DNA from: Chara braunii
Lineage: Eukaryota; Plantae; Charophyceae
NCBI GenBank assembly: GCA_003427395.1
Contig: BFEA01000016.1
Span: 969,712-1,033,711, forward strand
Reading direction: 5' to 3'
Length of the DNA stretch: 64,000 nt
Part shown: positions 11,838-25,598 of the stretch, in pieces
How positions within the stretch are numbered: the first letter of the stretch is position 1
Layout: the number at the start of each line of letters is the position of its first letter
Notes under the pieces: generated by a model
Databases searched by the model: none
Seen by the model: only the letters and a program-made list of their open reading frames with translations
What the model was told of the DNA's origin: nothing
Position numbers and translations under genes: made by a program

Positions 11838-14800
11838 TGTCGAGCGCATCGGTCCCATGCAGGGCGGGAACCTCCCGGTCTCGTCATGCAAGAGTTGGTC
11901 TAAACTCGCGATACACACGGAGCTTCCGCAAACCGCTCCGGCTGAGTGCGCCAACCATACCTCTCGTGAACCCCTACGACAGGATAGGGCCAACGCGAGG
12001 TACAACTTACCTCCACCTTACGGGAGTTGTCACCTCCTTTCGGTGGGCATATCCCCGCCGAACTATCTGTCCACAGTACGAAAGCTAATCAGTTGCAATC
12101 GCAGAGGTGGACCAGACGAGGGCGTTTCTCGTACGCTGTAGCGTAGGGGGTATGCGCGGCCCCACACCTCTATCGGATTCGCATGCGAACCTATGCACTG
12201 AGGATCTGAAGTCCCAAGCGTGGCTCGTTGTCAGTCGACTAGGACGCATCCCAGTCACCACGCATCACACCACACTTAGAACATAAAAAATAAACACACA
12301 CACACACACATACGAAACGACACAAAACAAAACAACACAACAACACTCCTACTTCTTTTTGTATCCAACCCATAACCTTCCGACGCGGAAATCGGATAGA
12401 CGACACGCGTGAGACTTAGTATAAAACCGCGCGAACACATGGTATTCCCACATCGACCACCAATGCATGCTTACTCAAGCGGTCGAAATCATGGCGTACT
12501 ATGTAGTACCCATAATCATTCGCTCCTCGATAATCTCGATGGTCGTGTTCGACACTCAAGTGTCCGTTGACACCCGCCATGAGGGGTTAATCTCTCGACG
12601 CTAAACAACTGCCCAGTGCGGTTGAGAACCACACCCTCTTCTGCACCCTGCGAAGAGTCGGTGGTACACAAGTTCACACATGTGGTGGCAATCATCTCTT
12701 ATCGCCCTGGAGACCAGCTCCATCATCCAGGGCCTTGAGATAACTCAAGCAGTTTGATTTTGGTGGCTTCCATTTACTACAACGTCCAACTATAAATATT
12801 CTAAAAAGTAAAGGGGTAAAAGGGGATCTCCCTTATCTCTTAACACATAATCTGTTTAACCCTTGCGCAAGGTCACAATAGGCCCCGCGAACACTCAAGG
12901 CATATGTATGTACATGTATATAAAGGGTTGTAAATATGTGACGATCACTCCTCATGATCACAGTGAGACTCCTCTCAGCCATATAGATATATGTGATCAC
13001 AGACAGTCAAATTCAAAGTCCGAACAACAAACATATATCGCTTTAACCATACAAGTCTCACTCTTTGTGCAACTCTCAAAATAAAATACTCAGTATCTTT
13101 GTTAAATGACAATTCAATAAAGTCCATGTGAAAAATCAGCAAAAAAAACAAATCACAGGGCTAAAGCCTTTAGGTTGAGTGGCAAGAGTGTATTGGAGTT
13201 GAGTCGTAAACTGACGAATCGACAACCGACCTGTCATCAGTGATAACAAAAGATGATCCTTGTAGGATCAAGCTGAATTTAACCAAAATCATGAATCAAA
13301 CAATCAAGAGGACCTGTAACATAAGACGGACCAATCCCCAAGCTAGATCTATAAGTCTAATAGAGAATAGTCTCCATATCATGATTTCACTCAAAATCGT
13401 CATAATTAACTAAGCCTAAATCTACCCCTAAACAAGTGTCCAAAGACATGTAGACCCTGACAAAATCTCCTTTATGCAGAGTGGATCGCCAGAATCGTCA
13501 CCTGTCAAAATATAATCTATCTCCTCTAAACTAAGAAAATTTCGGCAGCGCTTCCCGTAGGAAAAATGTTTTCTCAAAATTTATACTAGCTCAAATATGA
13601 AAACATAAATAATTTTTAACACTAGAAAGTCAAATGTTGTCTAACTCCCTGAATTACTAAACATTTTGGCAGCACTCTCTCATTAGAAAATGAGACTTCT
13701 CATATTTATTCTAAGTCAGATATGAACTCAAACATAAGACTTGAGTTCTATTAAGATAAAATTTAACTAACTCCTTAGATTTGTAGAAATTTCGGTAGCG
13801 CTCCCCATAGAGAAAGTAGCTTTCCAAAATTTATACAAAGCTAAGTTCAAAATCTAAAAATAATTTTGACTTTTCAAGGTCCAATTTTGTCTAACCCCCC
13901 GAATTAGCAAAACTTTGGGCAGCACTCCCCTTAAAAAATTAGACTTTCCATATTTTTACTAAGTCATATACAAAACTTAGACAAGTTGAACTTTAAAAAG
14001 TTAAATCGTGACTAACTCATTGGTTTTGTAAAAATTTCGACAGCGCTCCCCGTAGAGAAAGTAACTTACCAAGATTTATACAAGACCAAGTATAAGAAAA
14101 GATCCCTGAAAATGTTAGAATGAATATAAGTAGAAAAAACTTCGCTCAGAAAATGCAAGAATTGAACTAACTCTTACGACTCTAGCACGTAGCGAGCAAC
14201 TAAAGCAACTACCCGCCAAACAGAAACTTAGACTAAGTAGTGATTTCACTCAGCCATATACAAAGCCAGACCACATTGGTAAGTACTCTCACCAGTCCCT
14301 ACGTCAAATCCTCATAGATTAGTTCATGAAACCCTCAGATGATTTATCCTTTATACCCAACTTACATATTGCATGGTGCTAGACCATTCAACTTAGAAAC
14401 AATGTAGCATGCCTTAGGATATACACAAACAGATTCCACAACTACTTCTCTCTTCTTTGAGCATATAATTAGACCATTCAACTTAGAAACAATGTTTAGT
14501 CAGCCTGAACTGTTTAATATCAAAAGTTCAATAAAATCTGACTTTGTTTTCAAAAGAAATGAAAATATGGGTAGGAGACTGAGCCATTCAACTTAGAAAT
14601 ATTGCTCAGCTTGCCCAGATTACTTGCAATTATATTTTGTGGCTTTCCTTTTCTTCTCGGTGATATGACTTAGCGCTGGACCATTCAGCTTAAGAACAAT
14701 GTCCAACTGGCAGTTCACATGCAAATATAAATAAAATATTTTTTGTTATACTCAATTTATACTTATGTACGTGGTTTTCAGGCTAAACCATTAAGCTTAG

Positions 14801-17386
14801 AAACAATGCTTAACCTTACACTAAAGATCCTCCCTCAGAAATAAATAAGAGGCTGAACCATTCAACTTAGAAACAATGTTCAACCTATCATCGAATCATT
14901 CAAAGCATGAAGTTTGATTCTTCAACCCAACCTCAATCAGAAACCCCAAAAGAAATAGACAGACCAAACCATTCACGTAGAAACAATTCTTGGTCTCAAA
15001 GATCAGCCTAACGAACCTTTAAAAATAAATATAGCAACCAAGTCATTCAACTTAGAAACAATGTCTGGTCCGTCATAAAACAACCAAATAAACATAGCTC
15101 TTGCCATTCAGCTTAGAAACAATACCCAGTCCTTGGTTGACCCAGTCAACTACAAGCAAAACTGCTTTCCTCCCACCTTTCCCCAGTTCATCTCTTAATC
15201 TGTTTTCAGTCAAAGTAAAGAAGGAACTTAAGCTTTACTCTCACATATTCTTTCCATTCAGTCTGATTGAGTCATGAAAATAATGCAGAAGTCATAGGGG
15301 AACTCATGCATACAACAATCAAACTAGAGGGAGATAGTCACACATGGGTATACTGGGGTCATACAGACAGTAGATGGTATAACTGATAGTTCTCTGCATC
15401 CATGACTCCTCACGAGTTCCAGCAGAGCTCCCGCAATCGGTGGAAAGACTCCCCACAGAGTCTTGATGTGGTCCTACGGGTTGCATCCCACTTGCCGCCT
15501 TCCTCTCGTAACCACAGACTAGACTTAGAGTAAGAAGGGTAGAGGGAGAAACATTAAGACTCTCAGATACAAGAAGGGTGCTTTCAGGCTCGCGAGAGAG
15601 GACCTTGATTCCTTGACTCAGCCGAGAGCCCCGTAATGATGACCAAAGCGTAGCCAGAACTCGGTCAACTGAAGTCAAATTGTCAACCGTTGACTCCCTG
15701 CCAATCCTTTCAATTGCAGTAACGATCCCCCCTTCCTTTTTGGAGAGTTTGATCACCACACCTAGTCGTAGTCCCGCCACCTCCAACCAGACTTCTGCCA
15801 CGTAGCCCAATGGCAACAACTTGTAGCAAACCTTCATGCTCAACAAACCGTGCGCGACTACATTGCTCAAATGTAAATCCCAGCAGCGAAATCCATTAGC
15901 GCAAGAAAACTCAATAATATATGCCAACGTGCAGCGCAAAACCCAGGTGCAGTTATAGCAGGCACTCCATTGGTGCACTATAATGTACTACTACAGGCTC
16001 AGAAACACTATACATATAGCAATTGTGTATGCACTGCGTGCACAACGATTTGTATGGCAACCCCAGAAAAAGCTCCGAGCTCAGCAAGGTGAGGCAAAAG
16101 TGCAACGAGTTCAAAAATCTTGATTCAGAAATAAGAAGCACAACATCTGTTGCTCGAAGCTCACTAGGAGGGGTTAATAGTAGTTGTTAACTTCACAGTG
16201 ACCACGACAGTTCGGACTCCAAAACAGCGGGTACGCAATGTGCAATGATACATAGTCCGTTCACCAACGCCTCAGCAAAACACCGAGATGTCATAAGTCC
16301 GGCTCCTTGGACCGCAGGTGAACTTCTCCACTGGAGGCCAATCCTAACGGGAAGGTGTGAACCCCTCAATCCAGCACAACATGCTGTATCCGCTCACTCA
16401 ATTGACTGTAAACAATATTCGCCTGATTCTTACCCAGCAACGGTGGCTCATGCATGTAAGTCCAATCCTCCCTCTTGCTCGTTCTCACTTTGAGCCGTCA
16501 GTTTGACGCTTAGGGAGAGTCTCACATCTGCACTCGCCGGCAGCCTTGTAGTTCGACACCGTAACTCGACCTTCGGTCTACATCACACTGCTAGCTCGCC
16601 AGGTAAGTTTTCTCCCACTTTTTCATTCGCCCTCCCGTTCTCCCACTGAACCCGTTCCACTGGTGTATGACCGCTCCTATTACCAACAACCAACCGAGGA
16701 ATCAGGACTGAATGGGCGATCCAGATGAATGGTATGAGCAAAGCAAATACAACCACCACGATGAAGGGCGGCGCTCGGACGACTATCTCTGCCACACCAC
16801 TATCCTGTTGGCTTCAAACAAAGCAACGAGCGTCGCGACTAAAAGCAACTACACGCGAGAGGAATAGAGAGAGACTTCCTTTCTCGATAGAATAAACAAA
16901 TTCGAAATGAATCATCCCCCAGAATATGGAATTCAAGTTATACACCACTACTCGTGCGTAGGTGTGCGTAGGTGTGCGTGTGTGTGTGTGTGAGAGAGAG
17001 AGAGGGTATTCCACCATTAGGTTGCACAACGCGTCTGCCAACGGGTAAGTATCCAACCTCGTGTCCGGCCTTAGGTTACTCTTATCGATAGAATGAGCAA
17101 AATCGAATGAATCTTCTGCTAGAGCACGACAAAATACTCCACCACTCTGAAACTGTCTCCCCGCTCAAAGCCCGTTATTCGCACACCTAAAAAACTAGCC
17201 ACTAAGCTCTAATCCTAGCATCACCATTGAATCCACCAGTCCTCAATCCCCCCAGGACACACCTCCCCTCATCCGATTCTGTCAAGAGTTGGATGGGCTA
17301 ATCTCCTACCATATCCGCTCCTTCACACACTCCACGCATACTTCTTTTTCACCGACTCTTTCACCGACTCAGGATTCCGGTTCGCA
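11838..17386 (-). repeat. E1 5' LTR (~5.5 kb)
   Basis: TG at 11838 adjacent to the PBS; CA at 17385-17386 where homology to 1-3880 stops; right boundary less certain than left. Confidence 0.7.
14377..15130 (-). repeat. Hairpin array, loop type 1 (9 units)
   Basis: Unit-for-unit homologous to 878-1636. Confidence 0.9.
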
Positions 17387-17680
17387 ATCTGGCGTACCAT
17401 ATGGTACTCATACTCGAGCAACCCTCAATGATTTTGGGGGTCATCTTCGACACCCAAGTGTCGACTAACATGCGTCTTGAGGGGTTAATCTGATGACGCT
17501 AGACAACCGCAAAAGTGGTTGCGAGTTCTACCCTCTTTTGCACCCTGCCCAGATGAGCAGTCGACTGGCTTCGGCCCTTTGTAGCGGTTGAACACCCCTT
17601 ACCCTGAAAGTGGGGTTCCATCATTTGAGGCTTGGAAACAGGTCAAGGGGTTTAACTTTGACAAGCGCTAAGGACCTTAA

Positions 17681-18465
17681 AGCACCACTCCCCCCGCCAA
17701 CCTAAATTCGACCTTTCTTAGGGGGGCGGTGACCAGCAAGTGCAGGCGGGCCCAATCCCGCTGTTGAGCGCATCAGCCCTTGCGCGAGCGAGGGCCCTCC
17801 CGGCCGCATCACGCAGGAGAAACTTAGGTTTTCAACTTTTTAGAGACAGCTCGGAGACAACACGGGTTACCACAATTTTCAATCACAAACTTTGACGATT
17901 TTTCACCCTCAAAAGAATTAACGAAAAAATCTGAAAAATTGAGATCTTGTAGACTGAATTGTGATATTTCACGAAAAAATATCACGAAAAAAAAAGAAAC
18001 AAACTGGAAAATGAAATAAATGCCGCAACGATTCCTCACATTTTCCATTTTTGCCACTCTAACACGTGAGGACCAATAAGAAAAGTATCCCAATATGTGG
18101 GCCAAAGTGCTGCACGATTTTTTGCGCTATGAAAAATGGCTCATAAAATCCGAGTGTGGGCCAACGGGAAAAGTACCTCAACTTCAACGATTTTTCGTGA
18201 TCAAAATAATGTGTCAAAAAATATGAAAATTAAAAGGTCAGTATATTTGACCGCATTCTTTCCCAAAAAAAATTAAAAAATATAAAAACTTATTTAAGTT
18301 ATGAGGTAAATCCCAACAACAATTCTACGCATTTTCCATTTGTGTCATTCCCCTGGTTCTCCTCATTGTGCTACCAGTAGGCCTCTTGCACATGTGTTAT
18401 CAGTAGGCCTCTTGCACATGTGTTACCAGTCCCCCCGAATTTAGGCTGACAGAAGGAGTGGTGGT
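17681..18465. mobile_element. Non-autonomous DNA transposon with ~30 bp imperfect TIRs flanked by TTAA
   Basis: Left TTAA|AGCACCACTCC..CCTAAATTCG, right CGAATTTAGG..GGAGTGGTGGT|TTAA; removal restores the LTR motif GGAC..TAACGTCCAAC; internal ~300-bp-period duplication. Confidence 0.7.
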
Positions 18466-20059
18466 TTAACGTCCAACCATAAAATGTTATTAAAAAAATC
18501 CCTCTTTTCTCTCGCTATAAGTCTGTCTGATCAAAACGCGCACGATCTTAAATCGATCGAGCGAATATACCACATACACATACCGGAGTTACAAAACATG
18601 AGGCGATCACTCTCACAATTACGATGTGACTCAAGATATACTTATGATCGCAGACAAAGTCAAATTTGAACATTCATTCACAAAACATACTTATAATCAT
18701 ATGAAGAATTCACCATTATCACACCACGCGCTACATAGGGTCAACTTCAACCGACCTCTCTGCACGCATACCCATTCCCTTATCCGCATAAGCCCCAACC
18801 TTTGTCAAACCTTCCAAAATAAAACACTCAGTACTTTTTAAATGGTCATTTAACAGAAATCCGGATAAAACCCCAAAGAAACAAATCAACCCACATGGGC
18901 TAAGGCCTTTAGATTGAGAAGCGAGAGTGAGTTAGAGTTGAGTCGGAAACCGACTTATTATCCAAAGATAACAAAAAATGATATTCGTAGGATCAACTTG
19001 AAGCTAGTCAAACCTCGAATCGATCTAATAAGAGTGACCTGCAACACAGCGCAGACCAGTGCCCAAACTATGCTTGAGTGATTACGAGATAATCCTACCT
19101 TCCTACCTCACCTCTGATACTTATTTGAAAATGCCAGAAATTTCAACGGTATCGCCTCTATGTGAGGGCAGGTTGCCAAACTCTCAAGGTTCTAAAATAT
19201 TTGAAGGCCTCTATATTTTATAAAATTTCGGCAGTGTTTTCCGTAGGGAAAGTACCTTTGAAAAATTTATGTACGACTGAATATAAAATCTGAAAGCGAT
19301 CTTCTAACTTTAGAAGTCAAATTTTGTCCAACTCCTTTATTTAGTAAAAAATTGGGCAGCTTCTCCTCTAGACACGTGGATCTATACTAAGTCAAATATA
19401 AACTCAAGATAAAAATTGAATTATGTCAGGGAAAAATTGAACGAACTCTTTTAGATTTGTAGAAATTTCAGCAACGCTTCCAGTAGGAAAAGTGTCTTTC
19501 CAAAATTTATACAAAGCTAAATATGAAATTTAAAAGTAACTCTGACTTCAAAAAGCTAATTTTTGAATTAGTAAAAATTTGGGCAACATCTCCTTTAGAG
19601 AAGTAGGCTTCCCATATTTTTACTAAGTCATGTACGAACTCAAACAAAAGTTGTACTTTGTAAAAAACAAATATTTGACTAACTCTTTGGATTTGCAAAA
19701 ATTTGGGCAACAATTCCCTTAGCGAACATGCTTCTCCAAGATTTATAAAAAGCCAAGAATAAGAAAACTTATCTAAAAAAATGTTGAAATTGAACTAAGT
19801 AAAATAAACTTAGTTAAAAAATGCAAGAATTGAACTAACTCCGATAATTCCAGCACATGGCGAGCATCTAAAGTAACTACCTATCAAAGTTAAGACTCAG
19901 AGCAAGTAGAGCCCATACTCAACCTTATGCAATTTCATATGACAATGGGTACTAAGTACTCTCACCAAAGAAGTCCCAAGTTGTTTTTCACAAAAGAAAT
20001 TTATTTACCCTCAGTTAAGTGAACCCCAATACCCCAACTTACATATGACATAAGAGAGA

Positions 20060-20852
20060 CTACAACATTCTACTTAGAAACAATATCAAGTTTTTGTCTT
20101 TATTTATAAACAAAACACGTGGCACGATAAAATTTATCTCTTCATTGGGCATATGGCTAAGCCATTCAACTTACAAACCCTGCTTAATCTCCCTGAACCA
20201 TTTAATATCCAAGTTATATATAGCTTTATGCATTTAGTGATCAAAGGTGAACGTATGACTAAACCATTCAACTTAGAAACAAACGTTCAGTCTGCCTGAA
20301 TCGGACCTTTTGATTATACTTTTAATTAAGTACTCTCTTCTTTTAGTGATAGGCTATAGTCAGACCATTCAACTTAGAAACTTTGTCTGACTTGCTGGTT
20401 CATATAAAATATATAACATACAATATAGGAAGAACTATTTTCATATTTTTCTATTTGCGTGCGTGACCTCTCAAACTAAGTCATTCAACTTAGAAACAAT
20501 ACTTAGTCCTAACCTCAATTCCTTTAGAAAGAAACACATAAAGAGTTGAGTCATTCAACTTAGAAACAAATACTTAACCCGTTCCTTCAAAATTCAAAGA
20601 AAAGCAGGGGTCCTATACCATTAAACTTAAAAACAAATGTCAGGGCCTGTTCAGAAACCTCCCCAAAAAGCAGGTAGACCAAGTCATTCAACTTAGAAAC
20701 AATCTTTGGTCGAGAAAAACAATCCATTCATGTCCTCAAATCAAAGCCACAACGACCAGACTATTTAACTTAGAGGAATTGTCTAACCTATCAGAAGACA
20801 GAACAAAGAAACATAGCAGTTCGACCATTCAACTTAAGAACAATGCCTAACC
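20060..20852 (-). repeat. Hairpin array, loop type 1 (10 units)
   Basis: Same loop with changed but paired stems, e.g. GTCAGAC..GTCTGAC, ACTAAGT..ACTTAGT, GACCAAG..TTTGGTC. Confidence 0.9.
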
Positions 20853-21590
20853 GTTTGTACAATCCACAATCTAAACCACCTTCCCCCCACCTTCCCTTCA
20901 ATTCATCCCTCTTCCACTCCGAGTTTCAAACAAAATAAGAAAGTAAAACTGAATTTTTGTGCACGTGTTCTTTTACTTTACTTTGAATTCAGTTCAGAAA
21001 GTCAAACAGTAAAACTTGGCAGGGACGCATGCATTCATATTGAGACAATCATAAAAGGATGTAAACATAAGGGCTTTATGTGAGTTTATCAAAAGTAAGG
21101 GTGATGTACCTCTCATTTCTCTGCCTATATCTCCTTTTGAGTTTTGACAGAGCTCCCTCAATCAATGGGTAGACCTTCTAAAAGGTTTTGTTGCGGTCTT
21201 GTGGGTTGCAATCCCACTTGCCGCCTTCCTTTCGTAACCGCATATTAGACATAGAGTAAGAAGGGCAGAAAGGAGGAGTCTCAGACACTCGAGATACAAG
21301 AAGGGGACAACTCAACTCGCGCGAGAGAGCCTTGAAGCCTTCAGTCACCTGAGGGCCCCGCAATGGTGGTCAAAACGCTTAGAAGCCGACAAAAACACGA
21401 CTGACTCACAGCAACAGTCTCCTTTGAAAATACAATAGTTGCACAAGATCAGGAGGAAGCGTCGACACCTTGAGACCACAATTGTTGTTGTCAAGACTAG
21501 TGGTGCTTAGTAAAGGCAAAATGTCGCAATTGTCCATTGTTACCTCGACAGGCTAAGCTTGAAGTAGCAATATTTGTCTTTGTAACAAAC

Positions 21591-21924
21591 CTACATTACC
21601 GAACGTACACGTACGGGGCCTTTCCGTATGAAACGTACAGATAATATCTGTACTAGAACCTGTACGCCCCCGTATGACCCGTACGAAAAAAAAAAAAAAA
21701 AAAAGGTCATCAAAAAAATCCGAAAAAAATATATGTGATGTAAAATCCCAAGACAAGTAACATTTGCCTGAGCACCATCTGCAGATTCTTATTAGAATTG
21801 GAGAAAAAAAATAAAAACAGTAAATTTGTTTTTTTTTAAGTCGTACGGGCCTTGAGTACGAGTAGCGTACAAGAAATGAGTACAACTTGTACTCGTACGA
21901 GGGTGAGTACGAATCGCAACGTAG
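21591..21924. mobile_element. MITE-like element with imperfect TIRs and 8-bp TSD (hAT-like)
   Basis: Ends CTACATTACCGAACGTAC / GTACGAATCGCAACGTAG; flanks TAACAAAC and CAACAAAC; many CGTAC subterminal motifs. Confidence 0.65.
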
Positions 21925-24374
21925 CAACAAACAACATTGTTTGTATTGACCGAAATGGTACAGCCCCTTCGGTGCTTAATCAGTAGTCCACCCATGTTAC
22001 CATATCAACAACATGCACCTTTCAACAACTACCTCCCGTCTTGCTCAACACTCTGCCTAGACTGCAGCAATTGTAGCTGCGGAGCAAAAAACATAGCAAC
22101 TCAAAGTCCCGTCCACAAGGCAAAATCGAACGGGCAAGTCACTCCACCAATTGAGAACGGCCATGCACTGCCCCCCATAACAGTCAGGTAAGCCGTTGTT
22201 GTGTCCGCTATTGGGCAAGGCGAAGCCGATTCCCTTGCTCCAATTTTGAAGGGAAACACAACGAATACTATGAGGGTGAAGAGTAGGTCGAAAACAAAGG
22301 CTTGGGTTGGGTATGCTCACCACAACCCAGATAACGACCATGAACTAATACTTGAAGCTGCTAGATGTCTCCGGTCCGCTACTCACTAAACATAAAAGTT
22401 GAGAACAACCTCATATTAGATCATGGAAAGATATCGCCTGAAAGACACAACCACTACGACGGTAAACTGCAGCCCAGATGACCTCAATAACGATGATCAT
22501 CTCAGTGCCTTCAAATATCATAATGAAGACAAACACTGGATCAGTAAAGCGATCATCGCCGACCAAAGCGGGCATGACGAGCGCAGCTAGCACCCTTTTG
22601 AAGACAATCACCTCGACAATGGGCACTATGACCAAGCGTGATGGCGGCGCAGACGCAGACAAGCACAAAAGCCGTTACGAACTGGAGGAGTGGTCACGTG
22701 GTGATAAAAGTTATCGAAACGATACACATCACGACCGACCTCGATCACAATCTCAACGAAAGAGGTGGGATAGGATGGTTAACACACCGGGACGGGCTTC
22801 CCTCACTACTTCGCAAGATATATGATCCGATAGAGGATCTACCGCCAAGACTGGGTTACATTGGGCAAGGAAAAAAAATCACGGTCTGATGTAGAGGGAA
22901 ACCATTGCTCGAATCAAGACAACAACATTAGCGTCGAGGTCACACTCTTCGAACGAGGATTTGGGCAAACCTATGGTCACTTTCAGGGCTCGGACTGCGA
23001 TCAGCACGATCATTGGGTTAGGACGTGTGGCGCGACCATGCTTCGTTAATCACTATTTTGTGCCAAGTGAGAATTTCAATATGCCGTTGAGGCCACAAGA
23101 AGATATGTCGTTTGTCTTCCACCTCCGCACAACGCAATCCTTGACTATTTGAGACGACAAACCTATTAAGTCTATGCTAAAACCAACCACACCATCGCAC
23201 TCGTAACATCAGAAACCCCTCATCCAATGCCTTATTCCGCTTGATTCTATCGGGAATCAAGTGAAAACTATGTTTCCTACTTTCACCATATCCCCCTTCA
23301 CGACACCTCCGTGCACTCCCTTCTTTTTTTAACTTTCACCCTGCACTCCCATCCACCATTCTGACCCCACCACCGAAATCGCCTGACCTTAAAACCTCCA
23401 GATAACATTTTCCCTTACCTATTTTTGCTAACTCCTCACTCCACCTTCTTTCACAATCATTGTGGTCTCCTTTACCTCACCTTTATCATCTTCCTGAGTC
23501 GCTTGTTCCTTCAATCCATATGGCTCGAGACCCCGGCCAGTTCCATTCCATTTCCATCACTTCCAATATGAAGAGAACGCATGAGGTCCATGAAGATGAA
23601 AAATGACCGTCAGGATGTACAATGCGATCTTGGAAATGACAACAACGATCCGGATAAACTGCGATCTCTTGAAGCGAAAAACACCCCGGCGTAGCCCACC
23701 TCACTACTGACTGAATCCGCAAAAACAATAATGAATCTCTCACTAGAACATGGAGAGATACATTGTTGTACTCATGCCTTCCTCCTCCCTAGCATAACCC
23801 ATAGTTGGTGTAGCACCACAACCGCAATACTAACGTGGAGTCTGACTTCGCAGATCGATTTGCGATGTTAAAAAATCTCAGAATCGAATCTTAGTTCGTC
23901 TGTTGTCATTGAGGATCAACTAGTTGTTCATTTTTCCACGGCGCTGTCGAGCACATCGGTCCCCCGCCGCGCGGGGTGGGACCCTCCTGGCCTCGTCACG
24001 CAGGAGTTGGTTTAATCCTCGTTGCGAATACACATGGAGCTTCCACAAGCCGCTCTGGCCCAGTGCACCAGCCATACCTCTCGCGAGCCCCTACGACAGG
24101 ATAGGGCCAATGCGAGGCACGACTTACCTCCACCTTGTGGGAATTGTCACCTCCTTTCTGTGGGCGTATCCCCGCCGAGCTACAAGTCCACAATACGAAA
24201 GCTAATTAGTTGCAATCGCAGAGGTGGACCAGCCGAGAGCGTTTCTCGATCGCTGTAGCATAGGGGGTACTCGCGGTATTTACGCCTCTATCGGACCCAC
24301 ACGTGAACCGACGCACTGGCGGGCTGAAGTCCCGTACGCGACTCGTCGTCGGTCGACTAGGACGCATCCCACCA

Positions 24375-25598
24375 TTTTTTTTATTTTTTTTTTGAAAACG
24401 CCCCCTTCAGTGATAGTGGTGCTGGTAAGAGCAGGCACTACTAGCACCTTGGGAGAGACTCCATCTATTGGTGGGGAGCATCACATGCTGGAAAACGGGT
24501 CCAGCGTCCCATATCCGGTATAGATTTGGAATATAACAGGAAAAGAGTAAGAGACTCCTACCTGCATTGATTACCCTGGAATCCAGAGGATCGAACGAGC
24601 AAGATATTGAAAAAAGGGGAGAGAACCTCTTCGCCTTGAAACAGGCGCTAGATACCTACTACTACAAACTAGTTCCTCCCTCCCCCCCCCCAACCCTTTA
24701 TCTAGCCACCGCACCTCTTCACCACCCATTATGGTGTCAGATCTTATTTGTCAAACTAGTGTTGAGCTTTCTATGTTCTGGGTGCAGGATCTTAATATAT
24801 CATCCATCCATTCCGTACCACTGCATTTCCACTAGACAGTTTGATGGGGGGCGAAAAAAGTCCGGGAATTCTTCAGGGGGTTTCAATGGAATCGCTGCAT
24901 CCACTTGGGTTCATTCATGGAATCTCAGTCCGTAGTCTCTTACTCTCTCCGTTCCTCGTTGGTCCTCCCCTGGTTCTTTGTATTCTCCATTCCATTTCAC
25001 CATTCCTATCCTCCCTCCATCTACACCCCCAAGCCAGTTTGAGTTGAATTCCTGGATTTTTTGTTTGATGTCTTTCCGCTTGTCGAGGAGTTGGATTTGT
25101 GTTTTGGCGCCATTCCATTTTGCAGTTATTTCTGTCTAGATCTGTTGCTAAACACTTTATGTAAATTTTGGTCCTTCCAATCTCCCCCCCTCCATCTCGA
25201 AGGTGCATCCTCGTCTCCAGAGTGCCCAAAGTATCCCCCTTCGTCCCATCCTAAACATATTACCGGTGAATTCGTCTATCTGGTCTAACTGGTCCTTAGG
25301 CCAGGCTTCGCACAACAAGGCTTTCCAGTCCCACGGCCACTGGGCCTTTGTTCCTAGTTGTTCCCACACTCTATCCCACCATCTCCACAACCAGAGTGCC
25401 CCCGGACATTGGAGGAATATATGTTCGATTGTTTCTGGTCGTTTTCGGGAGGAGAACGCATTTGTGCACAACTTGAACCATGGGAGAGCTCGCCCTCTTT
25501 GTTCCAGGGATGTTCTATCTATCAACCAGTTATTTGTTGGAAGACAATGGTGCTCTAGATGCCATTGAAGTGAGGTCAGTTTGGCCGGCTTTGCCTTT
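24375..25598 (-). mobile_element. 5'-truncated L1-like LINE (~1.2 kb)
   Basis: Poly(A) tail (T run 24375-24393), ACCA on both sides, ORF2 C-terminus. Confidence 0.85.
25157..25598 (-). pseudogene. LINE ORF2 C-terminal fragment with zf-RVT-type motif
   Basis: W..HHCLPT...ETIEHIFLQCPGALWLW matches the zf-RVT pattern of L1-clade ORF2. Confidence 0.8.

Larger units (their letters stand above)
1..17386 (-). mobile_element. E1: non-autonomous (gag-only, no pol) Ty3/Gypsy-type LTR retrotransposon with ~5.5 kb LTRs; left end lies outside the window
   Basis: 1-3880 is a diverged direct repeat of ~13541-17386. The right repeat starts TGTCGAGCG at 11838, next to a degenerate tRNA-Asp PBS, and homology ends at CCGGTTCGCA (3880/17386). 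The internal region has a minus-strand gag with a CCHC knuckle and no RT/RNase H/IN motifs. Confidence 0.8.
17389..21377 (-). mobile_element. Older diverged LTR copy of the same family, left-truncated (variable region may continue to ~23900)
   Basis: 17389-17660 matches 12490-12760; 18470-21377 is colinear with 12780-15650, including both arrays. Confidence 0.8.

Noticed and set aside
15319-15978. 219-aa minus-strand ORF in the LTR
   Set aside because: Interrupted by stops in the sister copy (only 2149-2391 open) and has no recognisable motif.
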